In this document: positions 13,610 to 26,869 of the stretch, one piece after another | Layout: each line of letters begins with the position of its first letter | Numbering within the stretch: position 1 is the first letter of the stretch | Assembly: GCA_039545335.1 (NCBI GenBank) | Contig: BCIN01000005.1 | Span: 896,641-960,640, forward strand | Length of the DNA stretch: 64,000 nucleotides | Direction of reading: 5' to 3' | DNA from: Kondoa subrosea | Lineage: Eukaryota | Made by a program: the position numbers and the translations under genes | The notes under the pieces: generated by a model | The model's input: the letters and a program-made list of their open reading frames with translations, nothing else | Told to the model about the DNA's origin: nothing | Database searches by the model: none

Positions 13610-15032
13610 CTAATTTGGCGATAGGTCTTGCCATACAGGCCGCGAACGGGGTACGTGATTCGCTGGCAGCTTGTATGCAGAACTGTTCGTAGAGTGGAGC
13701 TGCTTCAAATGAACAGCCTGCGCTCGGTGTTTGCTTTGTTCAAGTTTTCTTATCCTGGCCGGGATAACGTGACAGATCAGGCATACCTCGACAGTGTAGT
13801 GTATCTTCAAAGCGTAAGTATGAAACATCTACAGCCGAGAGTAAGATTGCAGGAAATAGTGTTTTCTCACGCACCCAATGAATTAAATTGTCCACATTGA
13901 TCTTCCAGATAGATGCTGGCATCTTCAATAGCTCAGCTTGACATTTCACCATCTGTGCCTTAAGTCATCAGAACCCGTCGTAGCTGATTTGTGACGGCCT
14001 ACGCTTTTCCCGAGATCATTCCAAGTCCCACAGGGATCTTCTTGAGGCTTTGCGAGATAAGCTACGGCACTGCCCAAAAGAAAAAGAGAACGTAATATGA
14101 CCTAAGAAGTTCAGCAGTGAGCAGCTCGATGTCCCTTGTGACTAAACAACAACTTACCAGTTCCCAATGTAGTTGTGGTGCTTAAGAGCTATACTTTCGC
14201 TTCCCATTCATTTCTACATCTGCCGTAATGATATCTACGAGTCGTGACTTCTCCTCTACGAGCTCATCGTGGATTTCGTTGCGCAAATTAGCGACTTCAC
14301 GAGGGGATCTTTCGGCGGCGTCAATCTGACGAACTGCTGCCAAGCGCTCTTCAACCTTCAATTTGACGTCGCCAACGGCATCTTGTAGATAATCCGAAAT
14401 ATTTGCGAATTGGGCTTCATATTCTGGCTACAAGTTAAATCATTCAGTATCAAGCTGCATCTATCTGGAAGAGTAGTACCTTGACACGAGTATAGACATC
14501 GGCTATATAAACGCAAGCGACCTGTGCCAGGGTAAATCAGTGTTCGGAAGCTTCATTTGTACAAGTAGAAGAAACTTTTTGAATGATGTCCAGAATCTTA
14601 GCTGTCAAAATTCGCACTGTCAAATGCGTCACAAAATCAGGCGATGTTAGGATAGTTCTGCAAGAATGCGCCTTGGATTGACGAATTTAGATCTCACCCT
14701 TTGTTACGATATTCACTTACTTCGGCAAGTAGATCCTTCCATAGTTGGTTCACTGGTTTCGAATCTGGTACCTTACGATCGCGGTAACAGTTCTTGATGT
14801 CGCGAAGAGTGGCCTTGAAGTTCAACTATTCTCTCGCGGCAAATATGAGGGCTCGTTTCTGCTCTACAATGGAGCTCACTAGATGCTCGTGAAGACGAGA
14901 TAGAACAGTCGCATCACTCGAGAGTAGCTGGAGTCTTGAGTTGTCTTCATATGCTAATTCCAGTTACACGTCCTCTTGGAGAAGAATCAGAATGCTAGAC
15001 TCTTGTAGGAAAAGGTTAGCGGGAGTAGACAT
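13610..15032 (-). pseudogene. Multi-exon gene of unknown function with two in-frame TAA stops
   Basis: About seven GT-AG introns keep one frame (MSTPANL...WQDLSPN*), interrupted by TAA at 14964-14966 and 14182-14184. Confidence 0.6.
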
Positions 15033-15338
15033 TGTGCGGCTGGCAGCGTGGTCTACAGAGGTTACCGAGAGCTTGTCAAATGAAGAGCAGAAGAAGAAGA
15101 GAATCGATATCGAGAAGACAGCATCCAAGTGGCTGTGATGGACTTTGCAGTGATAAGGGAAATTTAGCTATTTCATGAGGCAGCGAAGGAGACCTTGCCT
15201 GTCCACGCGAGAGTAAGAGCTAGTACAAGTTGAGAAGAAGAGGAACAAATGCCAATAGAGAGAAATCGAGAGGAGAAGATAATTAGGCTACTGTAGTGGC
15301 GATGTGTGCTAGCAGTCTGGCTGAAAGTGACCTCGAGA

Positions 15339-16560
15339 TCACTTGCCATGCAGCTTCATAGCAGACGTAAACATATTCCTCAGCCCGACGCGCGATAGTC
15401 TACTATCAATCAGCCGAAACTTTATGCTGGAAGGAAACTTCTCACCTCTCGTTAACTTCGCCCAACCCCTCTACTTCGACTATATGAGGCTTCTCTCCCT
15501 CTACTCTAAGCTTACATCTCCCTCGAGCCGCTGCTTGACGTTCTGAAAGTAAAGTAAGGGAAGGAGGTAGATCTATTTCTTCTATCTCTTCGCAGCGGAC
15601 TTGAAAAGCGTGCCATTGCATGTTCTTGAGTCGGGTGAGCAGTTCATCAGCGTCTTCCGATAAACCTTCAAAGACGATGACCCCTTGGTGTAATAACTTA
15701 GCAATGCTGATCTCCGATGTGATACTGACCTACCTGGAAAGCTGGAAAGACAGATCAGCTCTCATTGTTGAGGTCAGTCACATATTACTCACCCTGGTTT
15801 ACTAATACCACACAACTGCAGCTCAGAACCAAACGCGACAATATCCTGTCAAGCTAATAATCAATAAATGATGTGATCGATTGCGCTTAACATACCTTGC
15901 GTTTCGAAGTAGCAAGTAAATGATGAGTCCTATCTTCAAGGTAAGTATACCCTTGAAGATCGAGGAGAAGTAGCATACCAGATCAATATTCGCTTGATCT
16001 GCATTGCAGGTAAAGGAGCGGTCTCTACCGGATTTGCTATCTCAAGTGAATTGCGCTTGGAGGAGACTGATTGTAGAGGATTGTCTATGATCCATTCGCG
16101 TAAATAGAGGAATAGGTTGAATAGCGGTGTAGCGTCTGATTTCATCTTGAGCACTAATCCTTAGTGGGAAAGTGAAGCCATACCTTGATTCTCTAAGATG
16201 GTCTTTAGACAACCAGCGCAAAAATCATTCAATCTTCCTTGGTCCGCTCGATCTAGATCATGATCTGGTTCGAGAATTGATGCTTCCAGTACTCCATCTT
16301 CGCTATATCGCGCTCGCAATAGGATAAGAGGCGAAGAAGAACATTGTATATCGATAACAGGTAGTTGCACTTTCGTCTCAGCTTGAATTTCGCTTATCTA
16401 CAGGACAGCATCAGCCAGTAGCAGATTTGAGAAGAGTGCGACGGACAGAGGTCCAGAATTCCTTTGATCCAGCAGAAAAGGATAACTCGTCTTCGCTGAG
16501 CAGAGCAGATTGTACTAGAGCGATATCCGTCCGTAGACTTTCAACCATTCGAGAATCCAT
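15339..16560 (-). CDS. RWDD2-like / DUF1115 domain protein
   Basis: HHLLATSKRK and GVIVFEGLSEDADELLTRLKNMQW motifs typical of DUF1115 C-termini. Confidence 0.7.
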
Positions 16561-16598
16561 GACTTCACTGTTTTGTCCCTTGTCCAGCAATTGCCTAG

Positions 16599-17836
16599 AT
16601 GTCTAAACGCTCTCCTTCTCCTCTCTCAACCTCTGTAGAACCAGCGAAACGTGTGAAACTTGATACGGTTGCGGACCAAGCAGTCTTGGAGCCTCCGAAA
16701 GAGCTGCGTTTGTCTGGCTTGATTTTCACCGGGGAGCCACAGTGGTATACGGCAGATGGAGAAGCTCTAGAAGAATATGTAGGAGACTACAAAGCCGTGC
16801 TGTCCAATGTACCACTACATTACAAGGAAACAACATCCGAAGGGGTTTATATATATCGACCTCATTCTTCTCCTTCCTTTCTATACGATCGACGTACATG
16901 GACAGGAAGCGGCGGGTACGAATGGTCAGCCATATTGGGAAATGATATACATCCTAAGTTGCAAATTCACAAGATCGGTGGAGATCCTTGGCCTGATCAA
17001 TTCACGCGCGATGAAGATGATGAGGAGAAGTGGAGGGTAAGCCTCAAGATAAACATTGACTGCGATTGATCTCACTCTATTGAGCATTAAGGAATCGCAA
17101 GCGTTTGAACGCAAATTGCGGCTCAAGGCACGCGCGTGGGGGCGGACTAGAAGAGTACCACCGCCTGAACGATGTGGCAGACCTCTTTCTGGTCCTCCAT
17201 TCCAATTCTTTCAGGTGCCATCGATCTACCATTCTGCGAGACAAAACTGAGACAAGGATTTGGTATTTGCAGTGCGACTTCGATCCCAACTACGGATCAG
17301 ACTCAGGCTTTGATCCGAGTGACTTGGGCATCCTCGCTCTTGATATCACTCCACATCTTCCTAGCCAAGAGGGAGAAGAGCTATATGTCGATGAAGAGTA
17401 GGATCAGAACAACACCCTCAGCTTTGGATGGACAGGAGAATAGGCTCAGACTTTACTCCTCCAGCAAGATAGGGCTGCAAACGACCTGGGAAGTCGGGTA
17501 GAAACGAAATGGAGAAGATCGAGCAATTGGAATAACACAAGCGAGCACGTTTGGGGTGTCAAACTAAATCTCATTGTAAGTCAACAAGCTATATCATTAG
17601 CTTCAGACTGTATACTGATGTGGTGCCGCTTTCTGCAGGCCTGCAGGCTTGTGGAAGCCTTTGAAGAGCCATTAGACAATAGCGATTCGGAATCTTCACA
17701 AGAGAAAGCAGAGGAACGACCTCGAGCCGTCAAGAGCTACAAAGTCAATGCACAAATTCTGGAAGTATATGTGATGCAGGCCTGGTTCAGTGCTGAGAGG
17801 AGAAAACCATTTCCGCATCTCGCGGCGGAGTTGTAA
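16599..17836 (+). CDS. Hypothetical protein with N-terminal NLS-like PAKRVK, multi-exon
   Basis: ORF pieces at 16599, 17105 and 17618 joined by plausible introns. Confidence 0.55.
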
Positions 17837-18058
17837 ATCGCATGTCCTCGTTGTATCTTTTCGCCAATTATATACCAGCAAGGGCTTAGCTGCTTAAGCA
17901 GTCGCTCCTATCCAAATAGGAATAGGGAGGTCAAAGCGTCATGCTTCTCTCGTCGCGGACAAGTTTCGTTGTTTTGTTCGACGAAGTCTACTCTATATCC
18001 CAGTCTAGTCCAGACTATGCAAATATAGCACATATACAACCTTTCGAGCTTAGATACG

Positions 18059-18905
18059 ATGAAACAGCGACAAGCAAGCAGTGGATCTGGAATTCGACCG
18101 TCGCTTCGAAGGCATAGTTGGCAATCTAGCAGCTCTTCTATCTCATCATCTTGGAGCATTCAAGGTGACGGAGAAGACAGTGATACTCCGCATACTCCGC
18201 CGGACAAGACTATCGTGTCAAGAGCCAAACCTAGACGCTCCGATTTATCGATTGCATTCCCTTCTATGGGTGACAAGGAGAACACAGCTCTCACTATGGA
18301 TATCTCTTCCTACGTATGTCTTGCTCTATTCTACTTGCTTGCCCTGTCTTAGGTCTCGGCCTCCAGGTCAATAATGGCTCCCCGCTAAATTCCCCAACTT
18401 ACTCACCTGAAATCGTCTCTTCATACATATCCAAGCTCTCACTCTCTTCGCCTTCTTCTCCAGATAAACGCTCTCCTCTTTCGAACAACAATGGAGGATC
18501 AGATCAGCTTACTCCCATCAAGCGAGCTTCACCTTTTACAAAACGGGTCATTAGCGGTTTCATTCCTTCTCCGAGTCGTCAAGAACCAAACAAGGATGGA
18601 GCAGAGGAAGAAGGAGAAGGAAAAGAAACTGGGTCTGGGGCTTCTACACCTTTGAGACCTAGACAATTGGCTTTTGACCAATCGGTTAATCAAGAGAAGG
18701 ATGGGAATGTCAGTCCTACCAGACCAAAGAGAGGTCGAATGCCGTATGTACTCGCACGCTTTTGACGGATGCTGTTGATCGTGGCAGCAGTACTCCATGG
18801 CCATCTTCGTACAAAGCCGACATCACCGATTCCGAAGGAGATGACGAAGAGATAGTAACAGTTGACGAAGAAAGAGTAGTAGAAGAAGAGAAACAGCAGG
18901 TCTGA
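18059..18905 (+). CDS. Hypothetical Ser/Pro-rich disordered protein
   Basis: Three exons with GT-AG introns; low complexity with many SP/TP sites. Confidence 0.6.
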
Positions 18906-19087
18906 GCATATCCACTCACAGTATTTCCACCTCAAGCCTTTTTGTATAACTTGCAACCTTATATATTCGGTTTCTCATTAGTGTCTTGTAATAACTTCAT
19001 AGGGGCTATGATCAGTGCATTTGACATTTCCATTTTCCGCATATTGAATGTACTATCGACAAAGCATGCTGTGCACCAATGCAAGAA

Positions 19088-22000
19088 TCACCAGACCTGT
19101 ACAGCGCCGTAGATGAGTCATTGCTTGATCTAGTAGTAGAAACTAAATACTCACGTGACACTTCTTCGACTCTTTGGGATTGTACCTCGATCCAACAGGA
19201 CAATTGAAAGCTTTGGCAAACTCTCTTTCGTTCGATAGTGGACCAAGCACCCTGAATTGGGTAGGCGAATGCGGGTCAGTCCGGATGCGGCGGACCTAAG
19301 CAAGCTAATCAGTAACGTCAGACGAGCAGTGCATACAACAAACAGCTTCTTGCGGTTTGATTCCGCGAACCCATCCTCTTGCATATGCTGCGAATTGGTC
19401 AGTATAGATTATGAGGTTAGACAGAGCACCTACCAATGAAGAAGAGCTGTTCTCTGTATGAACGAAGTAATTATGAGCACAACTGTTGCAAAAGACCATC
19501 ATAATTTGCATACCTTGTGTAGTTCAAGCCTGGCAGGAGATAATTGTCGTACTTGCTTCCATCTACATCGCTATCAAAGCGACGTTGCCCTGACGAGTCC
19601 CATCAGAATTGATCGCAAATTGACAACAGTCGCCTACATGCATCGAAAGCTTGACTTATTCCTCCAGCATCAGCCAGATCTTCACCTCCAGTAAGCTTAG
19701 AGTTGATATGATACTTCTTTCCCTTGCTATCTTCGATATAGTACTCTGCATATTGATCCTCGATACATTGCTGTAGCTCATTGAACTTGACGACAGTTTC
19801 GTTCGCCCACCAATTGCTGAGCTTGCCAGTCTTGTCAAACAATCGACCGGATTTGTCGAAAGCATGGCTGAGTTCGTGTCCAGCAACACAGCCAAATGCT
19901 GAACATGAAGCGCAGACATGAGTCAACAAGTAAGAGACCAAGAGAGGCGCTAAAGACATACAACCAAATGCGATATATTCAGGCATAGAGCTCTTGAAGT
20001 AAGGAGGTTGTAAAATTCCAGCAGGGAAAACGATCTGCAGAGATGTCATGAGATCACGATATTGTCAATTACTGAGCCATCATACCTCATTAGCCTCAGG
20101 CGAATAGTATGCGTTGACTTCTGACGGAATCATCTCCCATTCGCCATCGTTTCTCTGAGCATCAACTTTATTCCAGAGTCTCCGTTCAGCGGCCATATTG
20201 CTTCGTAAAACGTTTCCAAAATGATCTTTATTGTCGAACGGTTCATTGGCAGCGTAGTAACGCAACAGACTGGTCGCATCAGTCGTGTTTGGAGAAGTAG
20301 GGTATCCGATTTTATGCTTGATAGCTTCAGCCTGTGTCAAAACAAAACAAGCCGATCAGTACGAATTCGATAGACTGCTTCTCGTTTGCACCTTTTCTTG
20401 AGCATACTGTCGAGTTTTGCTGTCTAGCCAATCCAATTGAGGCAGACGCTTGTAGAAAGCATCAATGACTGCTTCTATGATATCTTCCGCGTAGTCTTTC
20501 GAATCCCCTCCGAAAGCAGACATCTATGTTTCTCCATTATCATTTATATTCCACGTTGTAAGTAAAGGACGTACGACGTAGTATCGACCAATGAGGAAAC
20601 CCAAATTCTCCTGTACACTCTGCAAGCACGAGTCTTCCCTTCGAGGTCGAACACCTTCATCTATTCCCGCAAGGAAAGAATTCAAACGGGTAACTTCTTT
20701 GCGAACAGTTTGTCCAGGACCAAGTAAAAGGCCAAACTGCGTTCAGTGCGATGAATTGTGCGAATCACAGGTAACGACAAATCGAACTTACGTTCTGCGC
20801 TGTTCTCCACAAGAAATATGCCTCTAGTACCTCATCGCTCGTCTTGGCTACGATTCCAGTCATGTTTCCGAAATAGGAAGGAGTAGCTACAATGACAGGG
20901 TCGGGTAGTCCAGGTCTTGGAGAGAAACCCGAATAGTAGTCATGGAAATTGATGATATCGTTTGTAAGGTGGGTCAGATTGGCGATGGAAGCGGGATTGT
21001 AGGTCAAAGTAGGGTTTTCCACATCTTCTACAGTCCATGAAGCTTTGGCTAGCAGTTTCTCGAATGATACAACTTCTTCCGCCAGCTTGTCGAGAGGCCG
21101 TTTGCTGGATTTGAGCGAATTGACTTCTGCTTCTAAAACAGAATCGTCGAGGGATTTGTAGATATTGGCTAAAGAGCTTCGAATAGCTTCTTGATAAATC
21201 ACTAGAGTTTCATCATCCTTGTAATAAGATCGATCAGGTAAGCCAAGTTCAGCTTGATTGATCCAAATTCGTAGCAACGAAGGTTGATCTCCAACATCTC
21301 CAGCAGCCTGACATTAGAAAATTCAGCTGCATCCAATTTGTGCTCGATTCAACATTACATAGTTCTCCCAGAGCGACGGGATACCTGAAGTCTGGTCAGC
21401 ATTTGAAAGCCTGCTGCAATAAATGATCTTACCTCTCGAGTGAAGGAACAGCAGAGTATCGGTCAACCTTTTTCTGCGAGGGCTAACGGCAGGTTTCTTA
21501 TGATCATGTTTATGTTTAGGCTTCTTAGTCGGATTCTCTGGCAGGGTAGAAGGAACAGGAGGTGCAGGAATCCATCCACCAGGCCAAGCTGCTTGTATCT
21601 GAAAGGACGAAGACTCTTCTTCCTTTTGCATTGTAGAATCGCCTCTCCATAGATGCATAACAGGTCTCAATATATCAAGCAATGGTTCACTTCCTATTCT
21701 GTCTATGTTATCCTCATCCATGCAGGCAGCGTAGAATGATTTCAGATGAGCGATGTTGGTTTTATCTGCTTCTCCGAAGGAAGGATTGACAGGTTCGTTT
21801 AGAATAGAGCTTATAAGTCGTTTATTGGCTACATCTATCGCTTGACCAGCTGATTGATTCATATGAGCAAAGTTCGCCTTACTTTGACGGAGAGCTTTTA
21901 CTGACCTCCGTACAACGCCTTGTCCTCCGGGACTGGGTTTTTGGCTAACCAGCCATTATTTGCGAAGCCGTAGAAGTCTTCGCAAGGATCTACAGAAGTA

Positions 22001-22398
22001 TCGAGCGAGTTGAGGATATCTGAAGCATCCATAACACATTGAGGTGTGAGACAGACAGCATCGTTCTTGGATGGTGTCTTTGTTGGTGCAGGATGACTAG
22101 GAGAAGATAGAGTGCTTTCGTGTGCAGTAGAGGTAGGGAAAGTTCGAGTAATTGTATGCGCTGGACTACTGGCTCTATGATCGTTGATCTGTTTCTGACC
22201 AGCAAAGAGACCAATGAAAATTGATGCCAGGATCAAAAGACCTAGACAGATGCCCAATAGCAGCTGTTCCAGCGAAGAAAGTCCATCGCGTTTATGCAGC
22301 CAAGCGGGCCAGGAGGAAGTCTCTTCTTCATTCTCGCCTCCATTCTGCAGTAGAGGAGCATCTTCTAGATCCGTAGAGGCTCGAGGCTCGCCGGACAT
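19088..22398 (-). CDS. M13 family zinc metalloendopeptidase (neprilysin/ECE-like), type II membrane
   Basis: TM anchor, [28 protein letters not shown], zinc motif HELSH and GEDLADAGG. Confidence 0.93.
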
Positions 22399-22766
22399 GG
22401 CTCGAGATAGTCAAAGTTTGGAACAAGCGCTGCTTAGCTAATATATATGGGCTACTACACTTTCTCTTCGATGATACAAGCGGCTCTATGTTCATAACGC
22501 TGATACAGCGACAGTCAGTAGCACGTATCTTCATTATGCTCTTGAGTCGCATATTCCCCTACACTAGCCCGAGCGCCCACATTTGTGAAGGTACCGAGCT
22601 AGGGTATGCACCAAGGCACAGAGCGGAGAGAAGAAGAAGACTCTAGCAATAGAACGGACGCAGGGGCAGAGAGAGATCAATTAAGCGTGCATTTGCGTGT
22701 TACTACTATTACTTGAGCGTCGTGATGATATCTGACAGGGTTTTGGTGTTCATAGATTAGATACGT

Positions 22767-23199
22767 CTAGAGCTTCTTGGCAAGCTTCTCCTACAATGGC
22801 ACGTCAATATACTAAGCTGACGTGAAGTGAAAATGGAACGGACTCTTTCTTTCGCTTCTTCAAGGGCTTTCTCTAATGCCTTCACTTCCTCGTGTGCTTG
22901 ACGAACGGCAATCTTCTTGTCGTGCTCGTTCCTAGTGAAATCTGTTCAGCCAAACTACGCGAGAGGCATAAACAAAACCTTACTTCTCGTGTGCCAACTT
23001 GATTTGCTCCTCTCTAGCTAGGACTGCATCTATTGCTGTACGAGAACCTTGATCAGGACCAAGGACCTGTCATAACATATGAGGATAGCTCGGACTTTCG
23101 GAGTTGTCAAAAGCTGACGGCCACATTACCTGCCCCATCGACTTGAGCCGGCTGAGAGGGAAGTCTGTGTTCTGGTTCGTTCTTGCTGAAAAGTCCCAT
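22767..23199 (-). CDS. Small (~85 aa) coiled-coil protein, 4 exons, absent from the ORF track
   Basis: Spliced MGLFSKNEPEHRLPSQPAQVDGQ-VLGPDQGSRTAIDAVLAREEQIKLAHEK-NEHDKKIAVRQAHEEVKALEKALEEAKE...EKLAKKL*. Confidence 0.6.
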
Positions 23200-23767
23200 T
23201 GTGTGATTGGATAGGCAGAAAGTGTTGTGTAGCAGAAGAAGAGAGGGAGAGAAAAATTTATGAACACGCAGAAATTACATCATTATATTGGTAAAAATAC
23301 AAGAAGGGAAAAAAGGGAGGCCCGCATAGAGGCACAGTAACGGGAGACGTGGGCACACGAGCTCGCAGCTTCCCTGAGTCTGTCTGGCGGATTGAAAGGA
23401 ACAAGGCAGAGCAGCAGCCTGGTTTGGCCCGTTTGGAGCGGAAAGTATGAATGGCAGGAGTCCTTTCAAGCGCGGTTCATGCTGCAGAGAGCCATCCTAC
23501 GCGAACATATACGCGAAAGTCCTTGGAATACATTGTTTCTCAATCTCGATTCAGACAAGGCGAGCGCCTTTCCAAAACACTGACTCCCATTGCCAATCTT
23601 GGCTTGGAAACGAGTTGCAGAGAGGCCTAGGAATGCCAAAGAACGCTTTCATCTGGAAACAAAGCTTTTCGCATCGTTGTTTTGGACTGTCCGACTATTC
23701 AAATTGCCGCAAGTTTTAGGCATGCAATAGGCCAGCCCCGGTCTGTTCCTAATCTCGAAGCTTGACT

Positions 23768-23793
23768 CTTCTTCTTCTTCTTCTTCTTCTTCT
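23768..23793. repeat. (CTT)n microsatellite upstream of the GT32 gene
   Basis: About 8 tandem CTT units seen directly. Confidence 0.85.
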
Positions 23794-23847
23794 CACTTGT
23801 CTGTCAATTAGTCAGTTTTCCCCTTTGTATCAGTCAACTGAGTAAAA

Positions 23848-25237
23848 ATGGCATTCCGCGGTTTCTTGTTTGCTCTCATCTTCCTTTACAATGTTATAAC
23901 CCTCTTCGAATACTCCTCATCTACGGCTCTTGACTTTCATAAGTTTTGCTGCTACATTTTTGCTATATTTGAGGATCCATACGACCTGGGACCAGGTTTT
24001 GAAAACATCAATGTACGGTTTCACGACATCGTAAGACAGGTGGCTGACTTCGGTCTAGCCCTCTTTCTGTACAGGACCTAGATCCCAATACATTGGACTT
24101 CATCAGGCGATACGCTCTGGCCCAAGCCAACAGACGACCTTGGAAGGAAGCTTCTAAATCTACTGCTGTCTTAGATGTGGAGACTCGACTGAATGTAGGC
24201 TTTGATCATTGGGAGAAAATAAATCCTCCTTCAACTGGAGATTCGAGAAGAATTTGGCAAACAGGTGAAGGTGATGGGCGAGTTATAATTTGGCCTGTAT
24301 GGATCATAGCTAATAGACTTACAGATACGCTGAATGGCGTAAAACGTGGACAGATATGAATTCAGAGTACACTTATCATGTGAGTCTATCTATCGACGCG
24401 GCTGCAGCGGAACCTGATATCGCTGCTTTATAGCTACACCGCCATACAGACAGAGATGACTTCTTCCGGTCCCATTTTGGTCACTTACCGGATCTCAACC
24501 ACCTGTATTTCAGCCTCGAGAGCACACCAGTCATCCAGGCTGATTTATGGCGATATGCAATTCTTTACGTCTATGGTGGACTCTACATCGATGCCGACGT
24601 TATATGTCGGCAGCCTATTGACGATTGGCTCAGCGCGACACAATGGAAGACTTCAGAGGTTGTATGGCCCTTGAACTGGCCGGTTCCCGAAGGCCAGCTT
24701 TACTCCTTTCATCTGCTGTTGACCTTTTCTGAATCATGGCGCATTAGATAATCTTGATCCTAATTCAGGCTTCGGTTCGGGCTTCTTTCATCAATGGGGA
24801 TTCTATGCCAAACCTCGTGCAAGATCATGCGACAACTACACATCGATAGTCTGATAAACATTAAGCGCACTGGAGAAGCCCAGGACCAAGAAATCAGCGA
24901 GATCAAATGGGGCCTATATGATATACTCAGTGCTGCGTGAGTCCGAAAACAACTCTGCTTTTGCACACAAATACTTACGACTAGATAAAGAGGTCCCGAT
25001 ATGCTTCAAACGACGGTGGAAGACTCATTATTAGCAGACACTGGTCACGATCTGGAAAAAATCATGCGATTCTTATATGGAGCAAAGCAGCCGCTGTCCA
25101 TTGGATCAGTCACCTTTCTCAGTTCAATCACCGAAGGAGATATGGTCTGGAAAGGAAGAAGAGCACCGGGCAATACCAACAGTCCTGATGAATACCTGGT
25201 GCACTTTGGAATCGGCAGCTGGATTTATTGGGATTGA
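23848..25237 (+). CDS. Glycosyltransferase family 32 (OCH1-like, DxD motif)
   Basis: N-terminal signal anchor, RRIWQT, ADLWRYAILYVYGGLYIDADV and YLVHFGIGSW. Confidence 0.85.
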
Positions 25238-25395
25238 GATGCATCCGGTTGCTTGCAGATATCGTAAATGAAGTCCATATGTCTCATTACATTAATGTTG
25301 TTATTACTATTTACATTTATTAGTAGTAGCTATTACTCTCCCTCATTCCGTTCGCTTTATCAAACCCAATCTACTGATGGACCAGGTCAGACGTA

Positions 25396-26402
25396 TCACT
25401 GCATGTCTAGCTTAGTGTTATTCAACAACGGAAGCCAAGAACTCACAAAGGCATCCCCCAACCAGCTTGAGATAGACCAATTAAAGAATTGAGTTGTTTC
25501 AATTCTGATGCATGATCGTTCATAATACTGTTCGCATTGCTTCAGCACGACTTTCTTTGGCCAAATGCGAGACAGAAACTTACTGATCCACATTGCTTTC
25601 AGTACCGCTAAGCAATCCACCCAACAATCCTTTAACGTCATGCACTACAGGACCAAGAACAGGTGCCAAAGCCGGAACTTTAAAGATAAAGTAATTGACA
25701 TCACTGAGGGCATTCTTGTTAGAATCGACAATCTCCTTCAAGATGGTTTGCAATTGAGAATCTTTATCATAGTAGGCCAATCCTTTTGCTCGACCGAAAT
25801 CAGATAAAGAGCGTGAAAGTTCTGTAATGACTGGTGCGGCTTGACTGTATTGTGCTTGGTATTGACGAAGTTCTTTGGCGATTTTGGATCTGAAAGCCTT
25901 TGATGAACCAAGTTTCTTGTCCTTGTACAATTTGCCTTTGAAAGAGTCTATACGCATCTGGCAATCAGTACGAAATCAAACCAGTGGAATGAACGAGAAA
26001 CATACGCAAAGCCTTTTGTGAAGCCACGAGTCCATCATGCAAAGTAGAGAGCTGGTCCATCAATGAATTAACATCTTGAGCTCTTTGAATCAAAGCTTGA
26101 GCCGATCTTTCCCTCAACAACTGTCTTCGATGTTTGCGTTGTCGATGATGAGGCGAAGTCTTGGAATGTCCACCTCGACCATGATGAAGAGAGGAAGGAT
26201 GGTTCTTGTGTTTACGCGATCGAGCAGATGTGGTATTAGGTGAAGAAGAGCTAGATACTGGAGGTGCTTGAGAATGAGGTACAGCCGCTTTAGGAGATGC
26301 TGGCACTGCAGGAGCTTTAGGTGTTGCAGGACCAGAAGGAGGTTTGACTGCAGCGACTGAACAGATGGCAGAAATGATGAAGAGCAATGCTGAGACGCGC
26401 AT
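25396..26402 (-). CDS. Secreted protein: Pro/Ser-rich and basic His-rich linker, helical C-terminal domain
   Basis: Signal peptide MRVSALLFIISAICSVAA; C-terminal GLAYYDK..QLQTILKEIV..LGPVVHDVKGLL. Confidence 0.75.
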
Positions 26403-26869
26403 ATCGTGTTGGACTTAAAGGAGTGTGATGTATAAAAGGAGCGTGAAGGTATACTGACTGAGATGGAGAATACGAAAGAAACCAGACACAATACGGGAGC
26501 AACACAGCAGCCCACTTGTTGGAAACGTAAATAGAGGAAAGCAACAGGTTATAGGACTGGACAAGCTAGCAGGACTGAAATCGGTCGTCAAGGAAATTGG
26601 AATGTGCACAACTCATCAACGCGCTCGCGTGTTCGTAGAATCGCGATTAGAGCAAAATAGAGTAGCAATCTGCAGACGATGGAGTATAGCGAGAAGCAGC
26701 CGCATGACCAGCAACTTTCGTGGTTTCTCGACAACTTTCCCAAAGATCATGTTTTCTTCGCAAACGCTGACTTGTCACCGCACTGGCAGGCTACTTGAGC
26801 TTCATTCCGTTTCTGCTCCCTCAGATCTTTGCACCTCGCCTTATTGGTCCCATCATCTTTGGTCAGACA

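Noticed and set aside
14182..14966. Reassigned stop codon (alternative genetic code)
   Set aside because: Conserved genes in the window end in TAA normally, and the exons I translated showed no internal stops.
22806..22840. ATATACTAA...AATGGAACG resembling the U6 snRNA 5' region
   Set aside because: No ACAGAGA box or remaining U6 sequence; it is the antisense of an intron in the small gene.
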